DNA of 64,000 nucleotides from Alphaproteobacteria bacterium (GTDB taxonomy: Bacteria; Pseudomonadota; Alphaproteobacteria; CALKHQ01), in assembly GCA_965227515.1 (NCBI GenBank), contig CBDDFZ010000001.1, forward strand, positions 1,280,001-1,344,000. The letters are read 5' to 3'. The notes beneath the pieces are model-generated. The model saw only the letters and a list, made by a program, of their open reading frames with translations. It ran no database searches and had not been told where the DNA came from. Shown here piece after piece: positions 30,529 to 39,974 of the stretch. Positions within the stretch are counted from its first letter, which is position 1. The number at the start of each line of letters is the position of its first letter. Position numbers and translations under genes: made by a program.

Positions 30529-31485
30529 ATGAGCACCTCGTCGCACCCCATCCTGCGGATCGGCACCCGTGGCAGCCCGCTGGCCCGCGTCCAGGCGACG
30601 ATGGTCGCGGCGGGTTTGGCCGCGCACCACCCGGACCTGGCGGGGCCCGGCGCGATCGAGACCGTCATCATCACCACCACCGGCGACCGGGTGCGCGACC
30701 GGCCGCTGGCCGAAATCGGCGGCAAGGGCCTGTTCACCAAGGAGATCGAGGAGGCGCTCTACGACAATCGCATCGACCTTGCCGTCCACTCGATGAAGGA
30801 TGTGCCCACCGTGCTGCCGGATGGGCTGTTCATCGCTGCTCTGCTGCCGCGCGCCAACCCGCACGACGTGCTGATCCTGCACCCGGATGCACGGACCGGA
30901 GACGGAACGGGGCTTGCCGCCATCGCGCCGGGACGGGTGGTCGGCACCTCGGCGCTCAGGCGGGCGGTGCAGATCCAGCACGCGCGGCCCGACCTGAAGG
31001 TGGTGCCGATCCGCGGCAATGTCGACACCCGCATGGCCAAGGTGGCCGACGGCACGGTGGACGCGACGCTGCTGGCCCTGGCCGGTCTTGAAAGGCTGAA
31101 CCGCACCATGGACACCCACCTGTTGCTGACGCCGGACGAAATGCTGCCGGCGGTGGCGCAGGGCGCCATCGGTATCGAGTGCCGCGAGGGCGACGAGGCG
31201 ACGGTCGCCCGGGTGGCGGCGCTGAACGACCCGGACACGGCAATGGCGGTCGCGATGGAACGCGGTTTCCTGGCCGCCCTGGACGGTTCCTGCCGCACGC
31301 CGATCGCCGCCCACGCCACCCGGAACGATGGCGGCTGGACGCTAGACGGCCTACGCGCCGACCCGGACGGCGGCAATCTTGTGCGCAGGGTCTGGAACCT
31401 GGACGGCGCGGGCCGCGCGCGCGACGAAGCCGCCGCATTCGGGTTCGACTGCGGGCGCGCGCTTGGCGGCGCGGGCGGGCACTGA
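30529..31485 (+). CDS. hemC: Hydroxymethylbilane synthase
   Basis: IGTRGSPLA, GGKGLFTKEIE, AVHSMKD, RGNVDTR, GSCRTPI. Confidence 0.97.
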   Translation: MSTSSHPILRIGTRGSPLARVQATMVAAGLAAHHPDLAGPGAIETVIITTTGDRVRDRPLAEIGGKGLFTKEIEEALYDNRIDLAVHSMKDVPTVLPDGLFIAALLPRANPHDVLILHPDARTGDGTGLAAIAPGRVVGTSALRRAVQIQHARPDLKVVPIRGNVDTRMAKVADGTVDATLLALAGLERLNRTMDTHLLLTPDEMLPAVAQGAIGIECREGDEATVARVAALNDPDTAMAVAMERGFLAALDGSCRTPIAAHATRNDGGWTLDGLRADPDGGNLVRRVWNLDGAGRARDEAAAFGFDCGRALGGAGGH

Positions 31486-31487
31486 TC

Positions 31488-32243
31488 GTGGCGCGCCGCA
31501 TTCTGGTCACCCGGCCGCAGCCGGATGCCGACGAGACCGCCATCGACCTGCGCGCGATGGGCTGGACGGCGATGTGCGCGCCGATGCTGAAGATGGTGCC
31601 GATCCTGCCGCCGCCGGAGGCCGATGTGCCGCGCATCGACGATGTGACCGGGGTGGTGCTGACCAGCCGCAACGGCGCGCGGGCGCTGGCGCTGCACCCG
31701 CTCTCCGCCAGGATCATGGAACGGAACTTGCCGATCTACACCGTGGGCGATGCGACCAAGTCGGCGGCGCGAGCCGTCGGCTTCGCCAATCTGGTCAGCG
31801 CCGGCGGCGATGTCGAGGATCTGATCGCACTCATCGTACGCCAATGCGATCCACCGCGTACGCACCTGTTGTATGCGTGCGGGCGGCAGATCACGGTCGA
31901 TCTGGCCGCGCGGTTGAGCGCATTGCGTCTGTGCTGCGATGGTTTTGTCGTCTACGACATGCAGGCGGCCGACATGCTGCCCGACGACGTGGTGCGGGCA
32001 CTGGAGGCCGGCAATCTGCAAGCGGCGATGTTCTATAGCGCACGTACGGCGGAAGCGTTCATTGCGTTGGCGGATACATACGGCCTGAGCGAGGCGGCAC
32101 AGTGCCTCGCTGCCGTATGTATCGGTGCGGCCGCCGCTGATGTCTTGCGGTCCGCCGGTTGGGATGACGTGACGGTTGCGGGGTCACCCGATCATGCTGC
32201 CATGCTGCGGTGTGTACGTGCGATGGGCGTTGGCCGCGACTAG
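31488..32243 (+). CDS. hemD: Uroporphyrinogen-III synthase
   Basis: ILVTRP, LTSRNG, VGDAT, FYSARTA; follows hemC. Confidence 0.9.
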   Translation: MARRILVTRPQPDADETAIDLRAMGWTAMCAPMLKMVPILPPPEADVPRIDDVTGVVLTSRNGARALALHPLSARIMERNLPIYTVGDATKSAARAVGFANLVSAGGDVEDLIALIVRQCDPPRTHLLYACGRQITVDLAARLSALRLCCDGFVVYDMQAADMLPDDVVRALEAGNLQAAMFYSARTAEAFIALADTYGLSEAAQCLAAVCIGAAAADVLRSAGWDDVTVAGSPDHAAMLRCVRAMGVGRD

Positions 32244-32407
32244 ACCGCGGCGGGTGCGTACGCCTCCGCATCGCCGCGCTGCCTGCCGTACAGGGCGCGT
32301 TGTCGCAGCATCGCAAAATGGAACCCCGGCCGCATTTAGCAGTTGTGCATGTGGCCGCGTGTGTGTCATCTCAATAACGTACGCGTGGTGCTAGCGAAGG
32401 TCAGTCA

Positions 32408-34453
32408 ATGGCAGATGACCCCAAGACGCCTGATGAGAAGAATTCGCCCGACCCGCTGTCCCCAAATGCCGAAAAGGCGCAGGACGCGCAGCCGGACACC
32501 AAACCCGCCGATGCGGACGCTCAGGCAACCGCGGGCGGTGCGCCATCCGCGCCTGACGGCGACGTGGTGGCCGCGCCCGTGATCGCGGCGTTCGGCGGCA
32601 TCCGGCCGACGGCGAACAAGCTTGGCATACCGGTCAGCACCGTGCAGGGCTGGAAGCAGCGCAACACCATCCCCGCGCAGCGTATCGCGGAGATCCAGAG
32701 CGCGGCGCGTGCCGACAGCATCGACCTGACGCTGGAGGCGGTGCCGGCCGACGACGACGCCGGTGCGTCAACGACCACGACTGAAACCACGACCGAAACC
32801 ACGGCCCGCCCGAGCGGGCCGGCGGTTGCGCGGGCCAGTACGCCGGGCCGGGCCAGTTCGCCGGGCCGCGCTCCGCGTAGCGGCGGGCGTGCGTCCCAAC
32901 CGACGCGATCCGGACAACCGACGCGACCGGGGCGGCCGCGCGAGCCGATGCGGGTGATGCCGATTACTGAACCGAGTGGCAGCTCAGGGCCAAGCGGCAG
33001 CTCAGGGCCAAGTGGAAGTACCAGTGGTTCTGCCGGAGCCAGTGGGCCGAGCAGCACAAGCAGCACGGGAAGTGGCCAATCGAGTTCCGGGCCTTCCACA
33101 CCCGCCACGCCGACGCCACCGACCCCGCCCACGCCGCCGGCCCCGCCGGCACGCACCGACGAGACATCCGGCGGTCGTGGCCTGCTGGTCGGCCTGCTTC
33201 TGGTGCTGCTGTTCGCGGTTGTGTGGCCGATCGTCTACCCGATGCTGGCCGGCGACGCCGATGCCGGCGGCGCAGATGCCGACGCATTGTCGGCGGAGAT
33301 CGCCGACCTGCAACAGCGCCTGGACGCGGTTGAGGCCGCGGGCGGCGCCGGCGATGACGCGGCCGTCGCCGAACTGCGCGAGGCGCTGGACGCCGTCCAG
33401 GCAAACGTCGCCAGTCTCACCGGCACGTCCGATCAGATCGATGCCCTGAATGGCGAGATCACCGAGTTGAAGGCGTCGCTCGCCGCCGTGGCGGGGGCCG
33501 TCGGCGATGGCAATGGCGGCACCGTCGATCCGGCGCTGTTCGCCGGGATCGGCACCCGTCTGGACGATCTGACCGCGCAGCTTGGCGCGATGCAGAACGT
33601 GATCGCCGCCCTGGAGGGCCATATCGAGACCCTGGGCGGTCAGGTTGCTGCCGTCGAGCAGCAGGCCGGGTCGAATGCCCAGGACCTGGCGCAGGTGGGC
33701 GAGGCGACCGACGCCTTGTCGGCTAGCCTGGCCGAGGTGCAGGCCGCACTCGATGCCGCGCGCGGCGAGATGCAGTCCATGGCCGAGACGCTGCAGGCCG
33801 ACCTGGACGCGGCCACGGACAACCTGTCCCAGCGCATCGACATTCTGGCCAACCGCGACGACGCCGCGGCCGACGGGCAGGCGGTGTTGATCGCGCTCGG
33901 CCAGCTCGACGACCGGCTGCGCTCGCCGGATCCGTTCGCGACCGAGCTGGAGAGCCTGGCCGCCATCATCGCCGCGCGGCCGGAGCTGGCCAGCCGGCTG
34001 GATCCGACCTTGGCGGGCGTGCAGGCGGCGGTGGGCGATGCGGCGGCGACCGGCGTGCCGACCCTGCGCAGCCTGCGCATGGAATTCGACGATGTGCGCC
34101 GCGCTGTGCTGCAGGCCGATCCGGAGCCGCCGGAAGACACCATCGACGAGGTGCTGTCGGAGGTGAGCGACCTCGTGACCATCTCGCGCATCGACGAGAC
34201 CGGCTACCAGTCGGTCGACGCGATCCTGGTGACGGCCGACGAGCATCTGGCTGCCGGCGACCTGGGCAGCGCGGTCGAGGCGATGGCGGCGCTGGACAAT
34301 TTCGGCCCCGGCTATGCCGCCGCGGCGGCCGACTGGCTGGCCGAAGCCCGGCTGCGCGTCGCCGTCGATGCCGCGATGGCCGACATGCAGGCCGCGGCCC
34401 TGGAAGCGTTCCGGCCGACCGATCCCGGCACGCCGGACAGCGACAGCGAATGA
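32408..34453 (+). CDS. COG4223 / alphaMic60 (mitofilin-like) membrane protein with N-terminal Cro-like HTH and low-complexity linker
   Basis: Position hemD-X-hemY; one TM, long coiled coil, PFATEL, GVPTL..L..EF, GDL..AV, WL.EA..R mitofilin motifs. Confidence 0.8.
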   Translation: MADDPKTPDEKNSPDPLSPNAEKAQDAQPDTKPADADAQATAGGAPSAPDGDVVAAPVIAAFGGIRPTANKLGIPVSTVQGWKQRNTIPAQRIAEIQSAARADSIDLTLEAVPADDDAGASTTTTETTTETTARPSGPAVARASTPGRASSPGRAPRSGGRASQPTRSGQPTRPGRPREPMRVMPITEPSGSSGPSGSSGPSGSTSGSAGASGPSSTSSTGSGQSSSGPSTPATPTPPTPPTPPAPPARTDETSGGRGLLVGLLLVLLFAVVWPIVYPMLAGDADAGGADADALSAEIADLQQRLDAVEAAGGAGDDAAVAELREALDAVQANVASLTGTSDQIDALNGEITELKASLAAVAGAVGDGNGGTVDPALFAGIGTRLDDLTAQLGAMQNVIAALEGHIETLGGQVAAVEQQAGSNAQDLAQVGEATDALSASLAEVQAALDAARGEMQSMAETLQADLDAATDNLSQRIDILANRDDAAADGQAVLIALGQLDDRLRSPDPFATELESLAAIIAARPELASRLDPTLAGVQAAVGDAAATGVPTLRSLRMEFDDVRRAVLQADPEPPEDTIDEVLSEVSDLVTISRIDETGYQSVDAILVTADEHLAAGDLGSAVEAMAALDNFGPGYAAAAADWLAEARLRVAVDAAMADMQAAALEAFRPTDPGTPDSDSE

Positions 34454-34492
34454 CTCATCTCTAGCGCCCGCGAACGAGAGATCTGACCACCC

Positions 34493-36070
34493 ATGCGCGT
34501 CGTCATCTTCTTCTTCGTCCAACTCGCCATTCTGGTGGCGATCGGGCTGTTCCTGCAGTCCCATCCCGGCGCGGTCACGCTGGAGTGGCTGGGCTACCGC
34601 ATCGAAACCAGCATGGGCGTGCTGGCGGTGGCGCTGGCCGTGCTGGTGGTGGTGGCGGTGTTCGTCCATCGGCTGTTGCGCACCGTCATCCTGACGCCGG
34701 GCCGGCTGGCCGACTGGTGGGTCTATGACCGCGAGAAGCGCGGCTACAAGGCGCTCTCCACCGGCCTGGTCGCCGCCGCTGCCGGCGACACCGACGAGAC
34801 CCAGCGCCAGGCCAAGCGCGCGGGCGCGATGCTGCACGACGCGCCGCTGGCGCGCCTGCTGTCGGCCCAGGCCGCCCAGATGCGCGGCGAGGAGGATTCG
34901 GCGCGGCGCTACTTCGAGACCATGCTCGAGGAGTCCGACACCGCGTTCCTGGGGTTGCGCGGGCTGTTGATGCAGGCATTGCGCGCCGGCGACAGCGCAC
35001 GCGCCCTGGAGCTGGCCGAGCAGGCGCACGCCCTGCGGCCGAAGGCGCCGTGGGTGTTGCAGACGCTGGTCGACCTGCGCGCCCGTGCCGAGCAGTGGCC
35101 GAAGGTGCTGGAGACGGTGACCCAGGCCGCCAAGGTTGGCGCCTACACGCCGGCCGAGGCCAATCATGTGCTGGCGGTGGCGAACACCGAGGCGGCGCGT
35201 GCCGCCGTGGCCGATGGCGATGTCGACGCCGGCCTGCGCCACATCCGCCAGGCACTGAAGGCCGAGCCGGGCTTCGCGCCCGCCGCTGTCCACCTGGCCG
35301 ACCTGCATCGCGCGGCGGGCAAGCCGGCCCGCGCCGCCGACGCCTTGATCAAGGCCTGGACCAACCGGCCGCACCCGTCGATCGCCGACCAGTTCCGCAA
35401 CCTCTATGCGGACAACAAGCCGGCGCAGCGGGCCAAGCGCCTGCGCGCGCTGGCGGCCGCCAATCCCGACCATCCGGAAAGCCACCTGGTGCTGGCCGAA
35501 CTCGCCATCGACGAGGAGAACTGGGAGGAGGCGCGGCGCGAGCTGCAGCAGGTCAGCGAGGATGCCGTGGGCGCGCGCGGTTACATGCTGCTCGCCGAGG
35601 TCGAGGACCGCGCCGGCACCGACCCGGCCGCCGTGCGCGAGCTGCTCGACAAGGCGGCGATGGTCGGCCAGCACGTCGGCTGGCAGTGCGATCACTGCGG
35701 TACCCAGGTCGGCGAGTGGGCCAGCCACTGCCCGAAGTGCGGCAGCTTCGCCACCATCGCCTGGCAGACCCTGATGATCACGCCCGACAGCGCGCACATC
35801 ATGATCACCGCGCCCAAGCGCCCGCCGGCGCCCTCGATTGCGGCGCCCGCCGATCCCCCCGCTGGCGCCAAGACGGATGCGGCAGCCGTCGAGGACGTGA
35901 AGCCGGTGACGAACGATGCCAAGTCGTCGGAGCCAACAGCGAAGCCCGCGGCAGCAAAGTCAGGCGCGAAGGACTCCGGTACCGGCAAGGGCAACGGTCC
36001 GACAGCCACTGGTGCCGCAAAAGTGAAGGTGGGCGCCGAGACGGCGGTCGAGGGCCAGCCCAGAAAATAG
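34493..36070 (+). CDS. hemY: HemY-family TPR membrane protein (alphaproteobacterial Orf52-like)
   Basis: N-terminal TMs with PGAVTLEWLGYRIE, TPR-like helices, WQCDHCG...W...CPKCG zinc ribbon. Confidence 0.85.
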   Translation: MRVVIFFFVQLAILVAIGLFLQSHPGAVTLEWLGYRIETSMGVLAVALAVLVVVAVFVHRLLRTVILTPGRLADWWVYDREKRGYKALSTGLVAAAAGDTDETQRQAKRAGAMLHDAPLARLLSAQAAQMRGEEDSARRYFETMLEESDTAFLGLRGLLMQALRAGDSARALELAEQAHALRPKAPWVLQTLVDLRARAEQWPKVLETVTQAAKVGAYTPAEANHVLAVANTEAARAAVADGDVDAGLRHIRQALKAEPGFAPAAVHLADLHRAAGKPARAADALIKAWTNRPHPSIADQFRNLYADNKPAQRAKRLRALAAANPDHPESHLVLAELAIDEENWEEARRELQQVSEDAVGARGYMLLAEVEDRAGTDPAAVRELLDKAAMVGQHVGWQCDHCGTQVGEWASHCPKCGSFATIAWQTLMITPDSAHIMITAPKRPPAPSIAAPADPPAGAKTDAAAVEDVKPVTNDAKSSEPTAKPAAAKSGAKDSGTGKGNGPTATGAAKVKVGAETAVEGQPRK

Positions 36071-36169
36071 CCGCGACAAGACACCCCCGGGCCTTGCCGG
36101 CGGCGGCATCCCCAGCCTACCATCGCTGCTGCTGAGTTTCGGGGTGGCTCCCCTTGATCCAGGACGGGG

Positions 36170-36532
36170 ATGAGATCGATGAACCAGGTATGGGGATTTG
36201 CGCTGGCTGGTTGCGTGACGATGCTGTCGGCGACCGCCGGATTGGCCAGCGAACAACCCGCGCGCGAAGACCAGATCATCCAGAACCCATCCGATGCCGG
36301 CCTGGTGCGGGCTGGGGAGAACCTGCAGGCGTTCAACGCGCCGCCGCCGGTGGGTGAGGGCTTCGGCTTCGATACCCATGCTGCGTCCCCTGCCGAGCCG
36401 TGCTCCAGCGAGGATGCCGGCGCGTGGCGGGTGATGGTGCTGCATGGCCCGGACCAGCCCGAGATCGTGACCGGCGGGCTCGACAGCGCCTCGCCAGGAT
36501 CGCGCCTGTTGAGGTTGGAACCCACGTGCTGA
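36170..36532 (+). CDS. Small secreted hypothetical protein
   Basis: Signal peptide; two Cys; stop codon falls in the tail of repeat copy C. Confidence 0.5.
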   Translation: MRSMNQVWGFALAGCVTMLSATAGLASEQPAREDQIIQNPSDAGLVRAGENLQAFNAPPPVGEGFGFDTHAASPAEPCSSEDAGAWRVMVLHGPDQPEIVTGGLDSASPGSRLLRLEPTC

Positions 36533-36657
36533 GTCTATTTGCGAAAATGAGCGGGAACCGCTCATTTTCAGCGCGGCGCCGGCCCACACCCCCTCCCGGC
36601 CACCCAGTTCACGATACTGTCGTTGGGCGGCCGGGAGGGGGTGTGGGCTGGAACCGA
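36528..36657. repeat. Dispersed hairpin repeat family 1, copy C (reverse orientation, nested hairpin insert)
   Basis: ggcccacaccccctcccggccaccca..gatactgtcgttgggcggccgggagggggtgtgggctgg, plus insert gaaaatgagcgg-gaa-ccgctcattttc. Confidence 0.85.
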
Positions 36658-37482
36658 ATTCTCAATCAAACGAAAAGAATCCGGCCGTCCGCATTTGCGT
36701 GCGGGGCGGCCATCCTGGCCAGCGCGACGGCGCAGGCAGCAAACACCGATATTACATGGGACTGGGTGCTGAGCGACGACGCCATGGAGGTCGCCACCGG
36801 GCTCGACTATCTGGGCGTCGACGGTTTCGACACGCCGGCCAGCGCGGTCGCCCACCATGCCGCCCATGGTACGCGGATGTGGTGCTACCTCTCCGTCGGC
36901 ACGCTGGAGGACTGGCGGCCGGACCTCGGCGCGTTCGAGGCGCTGGACGCGGCCACCGGCGAACCCTCGTTTATCGGCGATGTCTATGACGAGTGGCCGG
37001 ACGAGACCTGGCTCGACGCCGGCCGTTTTGCTCTGTTCATGCCGCTGATGGAGGCGCGGCTCGATATGTGCGCGGCCAAGGGTTTCGCGCTGGTCGAGTT
37101 CGACAATGTCGACGCCTTCGACAACGACACCGGTTTCGACATCTCGCGCGCCCAGCAGGTGGCCTATCTGCGCGCGCTGGCCGCCGCCACCCACGCGCGC
37201 GGCATGGGGGCGATCCTGAAGAACGTGCCGGACCTGACCGCCGAGCTGGCGCCAGAGTTCGACTTGCTGCTGCTGGAGGACTGCGTGCTGAACGGGACGT
37301 GCGCCTCCGCCACGCCGTTCCTGGCCGCCGGCAAGCCGGCGCTGAATGCCGAGTACCCGGAGAACTACGACGACGAGCCGTTCGATGCCGCCGCCATTTG
37401 CGGGGAGGTGGCCGCGGCCGGCATCAGCGGCATCCTGAAGCGCGCGACGCTGGACGGCCACAACATCCCCTGCCAGAAGTGA
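36643..37482 (+). CDS. Endo-alpha-1,4-polygalactosaminidase (GH114-like)
   Basis: TWDW.L, DGFD, CYLSVGTLEDWRPD, WPDETWLD, KGF..VEFDNVD, LKN, AEY; start uncertain (GTG 36643 inside the repeat). Confidence 0.85.
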   Translation: MGWNRILNQTKRIRPSAFACGAAILASATAQAANTDITWDWVLSDDAMEVATGLDYLGVDGFDTPASAVAHHAAHGTRMWCYLSVGTLEDWRPDLGAFEALDAATGEPSFIGDVYDEWPDETWLDAGRFALFMPLMEARLDMCAAKGFALVEFDNVDAFDNDTGFDISRAQQVAYLRALAAATHARGMGAILKNVPDLTAELAPEFDLLLLEDCVLNGTCASATPFLAAGKPALNAEYPENYDDEPFDAAAICGEVAAAGISGILKRATLDGHNIPCQK

Positions 37483-37550
37483 GCACGAATACCAGGGCCG
37501 GTTCGCGCTAGGCGTATGCCAGCCCTGCATGTGCAGTGGAGGACCAACAT

Positions 37551-38777
37551 ATGCCCGGTCCGTTGGACGGCATTCGCATCATCGACCTGACCAGCATGAT
37601 CTCCGGCCCGTTGGGGACGCTGATCCTGGCCGACCAGGGTGCTGACGTGATTAAGGTCGAGAACCCCAAGGGCGGCGATCACGCGCGCCAGGTCGCCACC
37701 CGCCGTGGCGGCTTCTCCGCCTCGTTCGTCAACAACAACCGCAACAAGCGCTCGGTGGCGCTGGACCTGAAGCGGCCGGAAGGCGTGGCCGCCGTCAAGC
37801 GGCTGGCGGCGACCGCCGATGTGGTGATCCAGAACTTCCGGCCCGGCGTGGCCGACCGCATCGGGGTCGGCGAGGCGGCGATCCGCGAGGCCGCGCCCGA
37901 CATCATCTATGTGTCGATCAGCGGCTTCGGCGAGGACGGGCCCTATGCCCACAAGCCGGTGTTCGATCCGCTGGTGCAGGCACTGACCGGGCTGACGACG
38001 GTGCAGGCCGGCTCCGACGAGGCCCGGCCGCGGCTGGTGCGCACCATCCTGCCCGACAAGCTGACCGGGTTCGCGGTCTCCCAGGCGGTCACCGCCGCCC
38101 TGCTGGCCCGCGCGCGCACCGGCGTGGCCCAGCATGTGCGGCTGTCGATGTTGGACACCATCATCGCGTTCCTGTGGTCGTCCGATATGGGCGGGCACAC
38201 CTTCGTCGGCGACGAGTTGCCGGCCGAGACCGCGCAGAGCTGGATCGACCTGATCTACGAGACGGCGGACGGCTTCATCAGCGTCGCCGTGATGCGCCTG
38301 AAGGAGTGGCAGGGGCTGGCGCGCGCCTGCGAACGGCCGGAATGGCTTGCCGACCCCCGGTTCCAAAACTCGGAAGGCCTGGACAAGCATCGCGGCGCGC
38401 GCCTGGAGCTGACCCAGGAGGCGCTGAAGGAACGCAGCACCGCAGACTGGCTGACGCGGCTGGAGGCCGAGGATGTGCCCTGCGCGCCGATCCTCACCCG
38501 CCGCGAGGTGATCCGCCATCCGCAGGTCCAGGCCAGCGGCATCGTGGTGGAGCACGACCACCCGCAGGCCGGCCGGGTGCGCCAGACCCGCACGCCGGCA
38601 AGATTCTCCGAGACAACGCCCGAATACCGCAGCCCGGCGCCGGTCCTGGGCGCCCACACCCGCGAAGTGCTGGTCGAGGCCGGGCTCTCCGACTCGGAGA
38701 TCGCCAAGCTGCTGGACGGGGGTGTCGCAGTCGATTCGGACAGCGAAACAATCGAGAAGAGCGGAGCGGCGGCATGA
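37551..38777 (+). CDS. CaiB/BaiF (family III) CoA transferase
   Basis: PLDGIRIIDL, LADQGADVIKVE, NRNKRSVALDLK, QNFRPGV, APVLGAHT. Confidence 0.95.
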   Translation: MPGPLDGIRIIDLTSMISGPLGTLILADQGADVIKVENPKGGDHARQVATRRGGFSASFVNNNRNKRSVALDLKRPEGVAAVKRLAATADVVIQNFRPGVADRIGVGEAAIREAAPDIIYVSISGFGEDGPYAHKPVFDPLVQALTGLTTVQAGSDEARPRLVRTILPDKLTGFAVSQAVTAALLARARTGVAQHVRLSMLDTIIAFLWSSDMGGHTFVGDELPAETAQSWIDLIYETADGFISVAVMRLKEWQGLARACERPEWLADPRFQNSEGLDKHRGARLELTQEALKERSTADWLTRLEAEDVPCAPILTRREVIRHPQVQASGIVVEHDHPQAGRVRQTRTPARFSETTPEYRSPAPVLGAHTREVLVEAGLSDSEIAKLLDGGVAVDSDSETIEKSGAAA

Positions 38778-39478
38778 TCGATTTCTACTATTGGCCGACG
38801 CCGAACGGCTGGAAGGTCTCGATCCTGCTGGAAGAGCTCGGCATTCCCTACAACACGATCCCGCTCGACATTCGTTCCGGCGCACAGTTCACGCCCGAAT
38901 TCCTGGACATCAGCCCGAACAACCGGATGCCGGCGATCGTCGACCACGACGTGCCCGGAGACCCGGTGACGGTGTTCGAGTCGGGCGCGATCATGATCTA
39001 TCTGGGCGAGAAGACCGGCCGGTTCTGGCCGACCGATTCGCTGAAGCGCAAGCAGGCGCTGGAATGGATGTTCTGGCAGGTCGGCAACCAGGGGCCGATG
39101 GCCGGCCAGCTCAGCCACTTCGTGAACTATGCGCCACAGGACCAGGCCGGCTATGGCCGCGAGCGCTATGCCAACGAATACGACCGCTGCCTGGGGGTGA
39201 TGGACCGCTGGCTGGAGGGCAAGCAGTACTTCCTGGGCGACGACTACAGCGTCGTCGACATGATCAACTGGCCCTGGATCTTGATTGCCAAGCCGCTGGG
39301 GGCGGACCTGACGCCGTTCCCGCATCTGGCGGCGTGGCGCAACCGGGTGAAGGAACGCCCGGCGGTGCGGCGCGGCGTCGATCTTGGCAAGGACTACCGC
39401 CCCGGCCACCCGGACGAAGCGGCCCGCAAGGTGCTGTTCGGCCAGACCGCGGCATCGGTGCGCGAACGCACAAGCTAG
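38774..39478 (+). CDS. Glutathione S-transferase, YfcG/Nu class
   Basis: YWPTPNGWKV, SPNNRMPAIVD, FESGAI, GPMAGQ. Confidence 0.92.
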   Translation: MIDFYYWPTPNGWKVSILLEELGIPYNTIPLDIRSGAQFTPEFLDISPNNRMPAIVDHDVPGDPVTVFESGAIMIYLGEKTGRFWPTDSLKRKQALEWMFWQVGNQGPMAGQLSHFVNYAPQDQAGYGRERYANEYDRCLGVMDRWLEGKQYFLGDDYSVVDMINWPWILIAKPLGADLTPFPHLAAWRNRVKERPAVRRGVDLGKDYRPGHPDEAARKVLFGQTAASVRERTS

Positions 39479-39488
39479 GGTGTCATTC

Positions 39489-39635
39489 GCTTTCGCTCAG
39501 TCGGCACCGGCCCTCTCCCCCACCCGGCCGCCCAACGACAGTATCCAGTTTGGGTGGCCGGGTGCCAAAAGGGAGCGCGGATGCGCGACCGCATGGAAAT
39601 GGGAGAGGGCTGGCGCAGACTTCAGCGCAAGCTGA
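39489..39635. repeat. Dispersed hairpin repeat family 1, copy D (36-bp insert in the right arm)
   Basis: cggcaccggccctctcccccacccggccgcccaacgacagtatc..tgggtggccgggtg[39565-39600]gggagagggctggcgcagacttcagcgcaagctga. Confidence 0.9.
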
Positions 39636-39659
39636 TCCTGACATAGGGTGCGGCCCGCG

Positions 39660-39866
39660 CTACTCCGCGTCCGCCTTCACGACCGTGAGATGGCCATGAT
39701 CGGCCTCTCGCAGCATTTGTCTTATCGACATCGGGCCCTTGCGACTGGCTGGCAGATTCGCCCGCGCGGTGCGCAGATCTGACTCGGCCTTGCCGAGGTC
39801 GCGCAGCGGACGCCGCAGATATGGGCTAACCAGTTGCTCAGGCTCGTTTTCGTCAATGTAGTCCAC
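39660..39866 (-). CDS. Small hypothetical protein (68 aa)
   Basis: GGGGA RBS before GTG; SPYLRRPLR motif; promoter module upstream. Confidence 0.55.
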   Translation of the reverse strand: MDYIDENEPEQLVSPYLRRPLRDLGKAESDLRTARANLPASRKGPMSIRQMLREADHGHLTVVKADAE

Positions 39867-39931
39867 AGCTTTTCCCCACCGTTTTCCACAATATGTAGTG
39901 CCTCCTGGCAACCAATACGCACGATCTGCGG

Positions 39932-39974
39932 TTAACAAGGCGTTAACAGGGGGCAACCTGTGCGAAAATTCACA
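39932..39974. promoter_or_regulatory. CtrA-type box plus CRP-like site
   Basis: ttaa-caaggcg-ttaac at 39932-39947 and tgtgc-gaaaat-tcaca at 39959-39974. Confidence 0.7.

Noticed and set aside
33002-35797. 931-aa minus-strand ORF and similar long antisense ORFs (e.g. 5694..7550, 29391..31091, 60420..62189)
   Set aside because: Shadow frames of well-supported genes in high-GC DNA; no recognisable motifs
36071-36170. tRNA gene after hemY
   Set aside because: No cloverleaf or TTCGA T-loop could be found
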